Assembly: GCA_964423425.1 (NCBI GenBank)
Contig: CAYRES010000001.1
Coordinates: 298,191 to 362,190, forward strand
Reading direction: 5' to 3'
DNA: 64,000 bases
Source of the DNA: an uncultured Gaiellales bacterium
GTDB taxonomy: Bacteria > Actinomycetota > Thermoleophilia > RBG-16-64-13
Shown: piece after piece, positions 28,755 through 36,636 of the stretch
Numbering within the stretch: the stretch's first letter is position 1
How the letters are laid out: every line of letters starts with the position of its first letter
Notes under the pieces: generated by a model
What the model was told of the DNA's origin: nothing
Database searches by the model: none
Seen by the model: the letters and a program-made list of their open reading frames with translations, nothing else
Translations under genes and position numbers: made by a program

Positions 28755-29231
28755 TTGAATAATATCGGACTGCTCGCGATCTACGTGGTGGGCTTCATCG
28801 CCATCTTCTACTTCCTGGCGGTACGCCCGCAGCAGAAGCAGCGTCGCGCTCATCAGCAACTCATCGATTCGGTCAAGCGCGGTGACCGCATTGTGACCAT
28901 CGGTGGCATCTTCGGCAAGGTCAAGAGGGTCGAAGAGGGGCTGGTCGTGATCGAGATCGACAAGGGCGTGAAGATCAAAGTCGCACGCAAGGCCATCGCC
29001 GAGATTGCGAGTGCTGAGCAGAGAGCCAAAGCCGTCGCCGTGCTCGAAGACGACGATGACGAAGATCTCGAGGACACGGTCGCCGAACTCGAAGCCGCTG
29101 AGTACGAACAGGAAGAAGGTGGAGAGGAAGGCGACGAGGACTACGTGGAGGACGAAGACCTCGTAGAAGGCGACGATTACGAGGGCGCCGAGGTCGGCGA
29201 GGAAGAAAAGGAAGAGCAGGCCAAGGGCTGA
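28755..29231 (+). CDS. yajC: preprotein translocase subunit YajC with a long acidic C-terminal tail
   Basis: YajC core RPQQKQRRAHQQLIDSVKRGDRIVTIGGIFGKV. TTG follows SD AAAGGAGG. The final ~60 residues are extremely D/E-rich. Confidence 0.85.
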   Translation: MNNIGLLAIYVVGFIAIFYFLAVRPQQKQRRAHQQLIDSVKRGDRIVTIGGIFGKVKRVEEGLVVIEIDKGVKIKVARKAIAEIASAEQRAKAVAVLEDDDDEDLEDTVAELEAAEYEQEEGGEEGDEDYVEDEDLVEGDDYEGAEVGEEEKEEQAKG

Positions 29232-29368
29232 TCGTGCACTGCTCCCGCCGCCCGTAGACGGCGCTGAACCCGGAAGGGTATGTGAGCCCCTGTTGTTGAC
29301 AGGGGCTCAGCCGTGACTTATGCTCCGTTGCCGTGCGTGCGCACAGGCTTCTTCGAAAGGGTAGTTTG

Positions 29369-30772
29369 TTGTCGACGAACCGGAAGAACATCATCATATT
29401 GGTGATCGTCGCGCTGCTTGTGGGAGCAGCCGTCTACTTCATCTACCCTCCGGGGTCGAGCACCCGCTTGGGGCTTGACCTACAGGGTGGGCTGGCCGTC
29501 ATGCTCGAGGCAAAGGATTCTGAGCGCGCCCCCCGCACTGAGGAAGGCCTGCAGCAGGCCGTCAGCATCATCGGCGAGCGCATCAACCGTTTGGGCGTCA
29601 CCGAGCCGGAGATCCAGCGCCAGGGCGATTGGAAGGTGAGCATCCAACTCCCGGGAATCGACAATCCGGAGCAGGCTCTCGCCCTCATCGGCAAGACGGC
29701 GCTTCTGGCCTTCTACGACGTCAACGAGCAGTTCGGCACCCCTTACGCCACCGAGGAAGAGGCGCTGGCTTCGGCCGGCGTGCAGTCCGAGGACGAGCTT
29801 CCGGCCAGCAGCAACCTCATACTCTGGCCGGGGGAGGAGAGTGGGGAGGCCGATGCCTGGTTCCTCGTGACCACCCCGCCGTTGCTCACGGGCGGCGATT
29901 TGTCGAAGGCCGGTGTCGGCTTCGACTTCAACAATATGCCCAAGATCGATATGGAGTTCACCTCCGAAGGTGCGAATACGTTTGCCGAGGTCACCGACCG
30001 TATGGCAAAGACGGCGCAACTCACCGGGCAGACCCAGCTCTTGGCCATCGTGCTCGACAACAGAGTCGAATCAGCTCCGCGGGTCAACGAACGCATCGAC
30101 GGCGGTAACGCCGAGATCACGGGCCGCTTCACGCTCGAGGAGGCCCGCCAGCTCGCGCTCGTGCTGCAGACGGGGGCCCTTCCCCTCGAACTCGAAGTCA
30201 TCGATCAGCGCTCTGTGGGGGCCACCCTGGGTAGAGCGTCGCTGGAACAGGCAATGTTCGCGGGACTCATCGGCTTTGCCCTCGTCTTGGTGTTCATGGT
30301 CGCCTACTATCGGGTCCTCGGCCTCATCGCCGACGTGGCGCTCATCATCTACGGCCTCCTCCTGTGGGGCCTCCTGAACGCCATCGGTGCCACTCTCACG
30401 CTTCCGGGCATCGCCGGCATCGTGCTCACCCTGGGCATGGCGGTCGATGCCAACGTCATCATCTTCGCCCGTGTCAAGGAAGAGGTGCGAGCCGGGAAGA
30501 CACTTCGCACGGCGGTTGCGGCCGGCTTCAAGAAGGGCCTCCGTGCCATCATCGATGCCAATGTCACCACTCTCATCACGGCCGTCGTCCTGTTCTTCAC
30601 GGCCACCGGCGGGGTGCGTGGTTTCGCGCTGACCCTGGGTATCGGCATCCTGCTCTCGATGCTCACGGCGATCATGGTCACCCGCTCAGTACTCGAACTA
30701 CTCGCCCATACCGGGCTCTTCCATAGGCTGGGGCCGCTCGGCTTGGCCCCACGGAGGGAGACGTCGGCATGA
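29369..30772 (+). CDS. secD: protein translocase subunit SecD
   Basis: Sequence LGLDLQGGLAVMLEAKD and the periplasmic domain with 6 TM C-terminus match SecD. The start is uncertain: GTG 29333, or TTG 29366/29369 after AAAGGG. Confidence 0.85.
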   Translation: MSTNRKNIIILVIVALLVGAAVYFIYPPGSSTRLGLDLQGGLAVMLEAKDSERAPRTEEGLQQAVSIIGERINRLGVTEPEIQRQGDWKVSIQLPGIDNPEQALALIGKTALLAFYDVNEQFGTPYATEEEALASAGVQSEDELPASSNLILWPGEESGEADAWFLVTTPPLLTGGDLSKAGVGFDFNNMPKIDMEFTSEGANTFAEVTDRMAKTAQLTGQTQLLAIVLDNRVESAPRVNERIDGGNAEITGRFTLEEARQLALVLQTGALPLELEVIDQRSVGATLGRASLEQAMFAGLIGFALVLVFMVAYYRVLGLIADVALIIYGLLLWGLLNAIGATLTLPGIAGIVLTLGMAVDANVIIFARVKEEVRAGKTLRTAVAAGFKKGLRAIIDANVTTLITAVVLFFTATGGVRGFALTLGIGILLSMLTAIMVTRSVLELLAHTGLFHRLGPLGLAPRRETSA

Positions 30773-31662
30773 GAGTCTATCCGTTCATGCGCTACAAGAC
30801 GTGGTACCTGGTTGTCCTGGGTCTGGTCACCCTGCTCGGCATCCTGGGAGTGTTCATCATCGGCCTTCAGTTGGGCATTGAGTTCCAGGGTGGCGCGCGG
30901 GTGGAGGTCAGGTTCACCGAACCCGCTACCACCTCCGATGTGCGCAGCCAGGTGGAGGCCGTGGGGGTGACCGGGGCGGTCGTGCAGCCCGTGGGCGCCG
31001 ATTCCTTTCTCATCACGTCGGCGGCCATGACCGATGAGCAGTTCAATCAACTCATCGACGCTATGCACGACTCTTACGGAGCCGACAAGGCGGCGGCTTC
31101 TCTTGAGAGAGTGGGTCCAAGCTTCGGCCGCGAGACCGCCCAGAGGGCGCTCATCGCAGTGCTGATATCCATCGTGGTGATGATCGGCTATATCAGTTGG
31201 CGATTCGAGTTCAAGTACGCGTTGTGTGCGATCGTCGCTCTCATCCACGACGTGGCGCTTACGCTGGGCATCTACTCGGTCACCGGCCGTTTGGTGACCA
31301 CCGCTACTGTTGCCGCCATCCTCACCATCCTGGGTTACTCAGTCAACGACACCATCATCGTCTTCGACCGCATTCGTGAGAACACCCCCCTCATGAAGCG
31401 GGAGACCTACTCGGACATGGTCGACCTCTCCATCAGGCAGACCATCGTTCGCTCCATCAACACCTCGCTCACCACACTCTTGCCCGTCACGAGCATCCTC
31501 CTCTTCGGCGGGGCCACGTTGAAGGACTTCGCGTTCGCTCTCTTCATCGGCATTCTGGCCGGGGCCTACTCATCCATCTTTGTGGCCTCCCCGCTTCTTG
31601 TGATCTTGAAGCAGCGCGAGAAGCGGTATCGCAAGCGCCTCGAAGCAGCGAAGAACTCCTGA
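30769..31662 (+). CDS. secF: protein translocase subunit SecF
   Basis: Sequence GIEFQGGARVEV matches SecF, with the conserved TM region. It overlaps the secD stop. Confidence 0.9.
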   Translation: MRVYPFMRYKTWYLVVLGLVTLLGILGVFIIGLQLGIEFQGGARVEVRFTEPATTSDVRSQVEAVGVTGAVVQPVGADSFLITSAAMTDEQFNQLIDAMHDSYGADKAAASLERVGPSFGRETAQRALIAVLISIVVMIGYISWRFEFKYALCAIVALIHDVALTLGIYSVTGRLVTTATVAAILTILGYSVNDTIIVFDRIRENTPLMKRETYSDMVDLSIRQTIVRSINTSLTTLLPVTSILLFGGATLKDFAFALFIGILAGAYSSIFVASPLLVILKQREKRYRKRLEAAKNS

Positions 31663-31663
31663 G

Positions 31664-31695
31664 GCACACCTCTCCGGCCGCACGCCTCTCCGGCC
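31664..31695 (+). repeat. tandem 16-bp direct repeat (GCACaCCTCTCCGGCC / GCACgCCTCTCCGGCC)
   Basis: Two adjacent copies with one mismatch, immediately after the secF stop. Read directly from sequence. Confidence 0.6.
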
Positions 31696-31866
31696 AAGCG
31701 CTCACGTGCCCATCATCCCCGGCCTGTCGCACTGGGGTCTTCGGGCCGGCGCCGCTCCGCGCATCCGGGTCACACTCCAGGTGTTCACCCAGAGGGGAGA
31801 GGGTAGGTGTAGACTGAATGCGAGCACTGCCGGGACCATCTCCGTCTAGGGAAAGGGTGAAGACCA

Positions 31867-32277
31867 ATGGTCGATACCGGGAGCGACACCGGCGCAGGAG
31901 CGCCGCAGGAGACCAGTTCGGGGGTACAGGTCAGAGACCTTCTTGAGAAGGCCTTTCTGCTCGGCGTGGGGGCCGCCACCATCACCTTCGAGAGAGCCGG
32001 GGTGGTGGTGGACGACTTCGTGAAGCGTGGGCATATCTCGGCGGAAGAAGGGCGCAAGCTGGCCGAGGAAGTGAGCGAGCGCAGCCGGGAGGAGATCAGC
32101 CATGTGCTCGGCCGCATGCAGACGGGTGTAGAGTCGACCTATCGCGATGCCGGCCTGGCCACCAAGAGAGACTACGAGGATCTCGACTTCCGCATTCGCC
32201 AACTGGAGCATCGGGTGCGGCTGCTGGAGGAGTCGGCTGATGCGGCGTCGTCAGAGTCCGCGCATACCGCCGTCTGA
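31867..32277 (+). CDS. phasin-like (PHA-granule-associated family) coiled-coil protein
   Basis: Sequence LLEKAFLLGVGAATITFERAGVVVDDFVKRG resembles the phasin TIGR01837-type N-terminus, with a charged coiled-coil tail. Confidence 0.5.
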   Translation: MVDTGSDTGAGAPQETSSGVQVRDLLEKAFLLGVGAATITFERAGVVVDDFVKRGHISAEEGRKLAEEVSERSREEISHVLGRMQTGVESTYRDAGLATKRDYEDLDFRIRQLEHRVRLLEESADAASSESAHTAV

Positions 32278-32304
32278 CGGCGCGGCCTCACGGCTATCGG
32301 CATA

Positions 32305-33981
32305 ATGGCGCCACTGCGCAGACGATACGGGTTTTCCCGCATAAGGAATCTGGAGCGGATAGGAGCGATCGCCCAAGTCGCCGTCAAGCACGGGTTCGGC
32401 TACGTCATCGAACACTACCACCTCTGGAACCTCGTTCCCGGTCGAAGAAGGGTTGACCCGGTGCCGCCCGACCGGGGTCGCAGGGTACGCTCCATGCTCG
32501 AGGAGCTCGGCCCCACGTTCGTGAAGTTCGGGCAGCTTCTCAGTACCAGGCCCGACCTGATCCCCGCCGACATCATAGAGGAGCTCGTCAAGCTGCGCGA
32601 TCAGGTGTCGACCTTCGACGCCGAGGAGGCCGCCGCCGTGATCGAGGAGGAGTTCGGGCTCACCCTTGAGCGGGTGTTCGAGGAGATCAGCGACGAGCCG
32701 ATAGCCGCCGCCTCGATCGGCCAGGTGTACAGGGCGGTGCTACCCGGTGGGCGGGCCGCCATGGTGAAGGTGCAACGGCCCGAGGCGGCCACTCGCGTCC
32801 GGCAGGACGTGGATCTCTTCTACCAGATCGCGCGGATGGTGCGCGACCAGGCGGGCGGCCAGATGGTGGTCGATCCCATCGAGCTGGTGGACGAGTTCGC
32901 GAGGGCGGTGTCCCGGGAGCTCGACTACACCCTCGAAGCGCGTAACGCCGAGCGTCTGCACAAGCTCTTCGCGGACAGCGAGAGTGTGGTTGTTCCCCGG
33001 GTGATCCGGCCGTTGACAACACGCCGGGTGCTCACCCTGGAATTCATTGACGGGCCCACCATGAACGAAATGTCGTTGTCCGACCTCACTCTGCGCGAGC
33101 GGAGGGATCTTGCCGAGACGCTGACTCACACCTGGTTCAAGCAGGTTCTGTCCTACGGTTTCTTCCATGCAGATCCTCACCCGGCGAACATCGTCTTCCT
33201 CTCGCCGGAGCGTATCGGCCTGCTTGACTTCGGGGTGTGCGGCGCCTTGTCGGAAGCGGACATGGAGAACGGCCTGCGCTTGTTTACCGAGATACTGGAT
33301 CGCGAAGGATACGGAGTGAAGAAGACGCTCCGGAGACTCGGTATCCGCTGGGGGGCGGGCAAGGACGCAGCGATGGACTCCGCCATCGAAGATGTGTTCA
33401 GCCGGTACTACGGGGCCGCGATGTCCGAAGTGGACCCGGCTGAACTGTTGCACGACGCCTTCACGCTTGCGCGAGTGGTGGAGGCCAAGATACCTTCGCG
33501 CTTTCTGCTTCTCGAGAAGACCCTCATCACCCTCGAAGGTGTCGTGACAGAGCTGTACCCGGACCTCAACCTGTTTGAAGTGGGACGCCCCTATGCACGT
33601 TCTCTCATGCTGCGCCGGGCCATGCCCGACGCGGTTCTTGGCCGGGCAGCCCGCAATGTGACCGCATACCGGGAAGCTCTCGAGAACTATCCCTTTCAGG
33701 TGCGTGACCTCTTCGACCAGATCAATCGTGGAGAACTACGCATCAACTTCCTCCACCGCGGGCTCGATGCGTTCGGTCACAAGCTCGACATACTCACCAA
33801 CCGGGTGGTCGTGGCCCTGGTGGTGGCCACGCTGGCCCTCGCGAGTGCCATCGTCGCCGTGTTCGTGGAGGAGGGCCCGAAACTCGCCGGTCTGTCCATC
33901 TGGGGCGTACCCGGCTTCTTGGGGGCCTTCCTTTTCGGTGCGTGGCTGGTGTGGGCCATCTTCCGCTCCGGGCGGCTCTAG
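32305..33981 (+). CDS. ABC1/UbiB family atypical kinase
   Basis: Sequence LGPTFVKFGQLLSTRPDLIP...AAASIGQVYRAVL...HADPHPANI, with a C-terminal TM helix. Confidence 0.85.
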   Translation: MAPLRRRYGFSRIRNLERIGAIAQVAVKHGFGYVIEHYHLWNLVPGRRRVDPVPPDRGRRVRSMLEELGPTFVKFGQLLSTRPDLIPADIIEELVKLRDQVSTFDAEEAAAVIEEEFGLTLERVFEEISDEPIAAASIGQVYRAVLPGGRAAMVKVQRPEAATRVRQDVDLFYQIARMVRDQAGGQMVVDPIELVDEFARAVSRELDYTLEARNAERLHKLFADSESVVVPRVIRPLTTRRVLTLEFIDGPTMNEMSLSDLTLRERRDLAETLTHTWFKQVLSYGFFHADPHPANIVFLSPERIGLLDFGVCGALSEADMENGLRLFTEILDREGYGVKKTLRRLGIRWGAGKDAAMDSAIEDVFSRYYGAAMSEVDPAELLHDAFTLARVVEAKIPSRFLLLEKTLITLEGVVTELYPDLNLFEVGRPYARSLMLRRAMPDAVLGRAARNVTAYREALENYPFQVRDLFDQINRGELRINFLHRGLDAFGHKLDILTNRVVVALVVATLALASAIVAVFVEEGPKLAGLSIWGVPGFLGAFLFGAWLVWAIFRSGRL

Positions 33982-34072
33982 CCGGGGGAGGGACGGCCCG
34001 CCGCCGTGTTCGGTCCGGGGGTGGCGGTATACTGCCCTCGACATCAATGTGGCTCTTCGAGAGGGATGATTC

Positions 34073-36604
34073 GTGTTCAACCGTTTCGACTGGAAGACGG
34101 CCCCGTGCTCGTTCGACGCGGCTGAGAGTATAGCTGCGGAGTTGCATCTGCCTCCTCTCGTGGGTACCGTGCTGGCCCGCCGGGGCTTCTCCACCGCGGC
34201 TGAGGCCCGGGCCTTCTTGGACGTGAATCCCCACGTTCCCGATCCCTTTCTCCTTGAGGGCATGGAGGCGGCTACGGCCGCACTCGAGCAGGCCCTTGGG
34301 TCCCGTCGGCGTATCGTCGTCCACGGTGACTACGATGCCGACGGTCTCTCGGCGGCTGCGCTCATGGTCTTGGAGTTGCGCCGGTTGGGAGGGCGGTGCG
34401 AGGCGTACATCCCCCAGCGTTTCCGCGAAGGCTACGGCCTGTCCGAGACGGCGGTCCGCGCCATAGCCGCGGAAGGTGATGCTCTCCTCGTCACCGTCGA
34501 CTGCGGCGTCAATTACCCGGCCGAAGTTGCGCTGGCCCTCGAGCTTGGCCTCGAGGTGGTGGTGACCGACCACCACGAGCTCGGCGAGGTCTTGCCTTCA
34601 TGCCCAGTGGTGCACCAACAACTCGGTTCGTATCCAGGCGCCGAACTCTGCGGGGTCGGCGTGGCGCTGAAGACTCTGCACGGGCTTCACGCGCGAATGG
34701 GCACGGCTGAGCGCACACTGCTCCCCGAAGCTCTGCTCGAGTATCTGGACATCGTGGCTCTCGGCACCGTCGCTGATATCGTCCCCCTGCGAGGCGAGAA
34801 CCGCTACTACGTTCAGGAAGGTCTCCGGCGTCTCAGGTGGAGCACACGTCCGGGCCTTCGCACTCTGGCGAGAGTGGCGGGTGGTGCGGCTGCCGGCGAC
34901 GCCTCCAGTATCGGCTTCCGCCTGGCTCCTCGTATCAACGCCGCCGGCCGCATGGGCGACCCGACCAAGGCGCTTGCCCTGCTCCTCACCGACGACGAAA
35001 CGGAAGCCGCCGCGCTGGCTCTCGAGCTCCACGAACTCAACCTGGTACGCCAAGCCACCGAGCGCGACATCATGGCGGGCGCTCAGGCCGACATCGAGGC
35101 CCTGCCCGCTCTCCCTCCTGTCCTGGTGCTTGCCCACGAGCAATGGCACGAAGGTGTGGTCGGCATCGTCGCCTCCCGTTTGGTGGAGCGCTTTCATCGG
35201 CCGGTCGTGCTGCTGGCCGTGAAGGAGGGCCGGGCGCGGGGCTCCGGCCGCAGTATCACCCGGTACGACCTCATGGAGGGGCTCAGGTATTGCAGCGATC
35301 TCCTGACGGTCTTCGGGGGGCACAGCCAGGCCGCCGGCCTTACCCTGAGCGCCGAGAACATCGACCTCTTTGCCGACCGGCTGCGCGATCACGCGGCGAG
35401 CCACCTTCGCCCCGAAGACTTGGTCCCCGCCTTCGCTCCCGATGCGGTGGTGTGCGGCGAGGAGCTCACTCTGGAAACGGCTGAGGGTCTTGCCCGTCTG
35501 GCGCCGTTCGGGAGCGGGAACCCACCGGTCAGGCTCTTGGCTGTGGGGGTCGATCTGAAGGAGCCACAACTCACCCGCACCGGCGACCATCTTCGCTGCA
35601 GCCTCGAGGTGGACGGTATTCGCACCAAGGGCATTGGTTTCCGCCTCGGGCCGGCGCTCGAGAAGCTCGAGGGCGTCACGGGGAGGGTGCATGCAGCCTT
35701 CGAGTTGGGCATCAACGAATGGAACGGCCTTTCCCGCCCCGAGCTCGTGCTCCACAGCCTATATGAGAGCGAGGACAGGGGAGAGGCGGCACTCGGTTGC
35801 ACGCCCCAGTGCCCGTTCCTCGACGAGCCGTCATCCGGGGCTCCATGCGCACATTGCGCCGACCCGTATGCGGGTCTCTACCGCGAATCCTTGCCTACAG
35901 GTGGCGGCGTGCGCAGAGGCGCTCCCTCGTATTCACGCATTGCGCAGATACTCTCGTGCGGTGAGCCCGCAGCGATCATCAGTGCCTCGGTACCGATACG
36001 GCTCCGGGCGGTGGTGGCCGCCCTTCCCCTGGCCAATCTCGGCGTGGGGGGGGTGGACTGCGTGAGCCGCCTGTGCTGGCGCACGCGGTCGCTTGAGTTG
36101 AGGCCCGACGCCCTGCTGTTCGCCGACTGGACGGCGGTACTGCGAAGAAGCGAACTCCTCGAGGGCAAGGCGCACGTGGTGGTGCTCGATCCGCCCTACA
36201 GTCACAGTCATACGCACGTGCTGTCCCAGGCGGCCGGCAGTGGCTCGCGCATCCACTGCCTCTACGGCGAGCGAGAACGGGAGTTCACGGCCAATCTCCT
36301 CAAGTTCATGCTCCACCCTCGCCCGGCCATGGTGGGCGTGTACCGGGCCCTGGCCGAGATCGGCCCTGGTGATGCGTGTGCCCCGGGGGAAGTCCTTCGG
36401 CAGGCGGCTCAAGCCATGTGGGAGAGCCAAGGCTTCCAACCCGCCTTTGACGAGTTGCACCTCGCATGGCGTATCCTTAGAGATATGGGTATAGGCGACG
36501 GTGACAGGCAGAAACAACCAACACGCGAGCCCGAGGATGTGGGCTTGTTCAGAGAGGCGGTCGCATCGTACCAGGAGGCGGTGGGGCTGTGCCGCACGCT
36601 GTAG
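34073..36604 (+). CDS. recJ: single-stranded-DNA-specific exonuclease RecJ with a ~280-aa C-terminal extension
   Basis: DHH domain (VVHGDYDADGLSAAAL, VVTDHHE), DHHA1 (GGHSQAAG) and an OB-like domain extend to about aa 565. The tail then carries CTPQC...CAHC and VVVLDPPY. Confidence 0.85.
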   Translation: MFNRFDWKTAPCSFDAAESIAAELHLPPLVGTVLARRGFSTAAEARAFLDVNPHVPDPFLLEGMEAATAALEQALGSRRRIVVHGDYDADGLSAAALMVLELRRLGGRCEAYIPQRFREGYGLSETAVRAIAAEGDALLVTVDCGVNYPAEVALALELGLEVVVTDHHELGEVLPSCPVVHQQLGSYPGAELCGVGVALKTLHGLHARMGTAERTLLPEALLEYLDIVALGTVADIVPLRGENRYYVQEGLRRLRWSTRPGLRTLARVAGGAAAGDASSIGFRLAPRINAAGRMGDPTKALALLLTDDETEAAALALELHELNLVRQATERDIMAGAQADIEALPALPPVLVLAHEQWHEGVVGIVASRLVERFHRPVVLLAVKEGRARGSGRSITRYDLMEGLRYCSDLLTVFGGHSQAAGLTLSAENIDLFADRLRDHAASHLRPEDLVPAFAPDAVVCGEELTLETAEGLARLAPFGSGNPPVRLLAVGVDLKEPQLTRTGDHLRCSLEVDGIRTKGIGFRLGPALEKLEGVTGRVHAAFELGINEWNGLSRPELVLHSLYESEDRGEAALGCTPQCPFLDEPSSGAPCAHCADPYAGLYRESLPTGGGVRRGAPSYSRIAQILSCGEPAAIISASVPIRLRAVVAALPLANLGVGGVDCVSRLCWRTRSLELRPDALLFADWTAVLRRSELLEGKAHVVVLDPPYSHSHTHVLSQAAGSGSRIHCLYGEREREFTANLLKFMLHPRPAMVGVYRALAEIGPGDACAPGEVLRQAAQAMWESQGFQPAFDELHLAWRILRDMGIGDGDRQKQPTREPEDVGLFREAVASYQEAVGLCRTL

Positions 36605-36636
36605 ACAAGGGGTCGAAGAGGCAAGTGGAAGAACAG

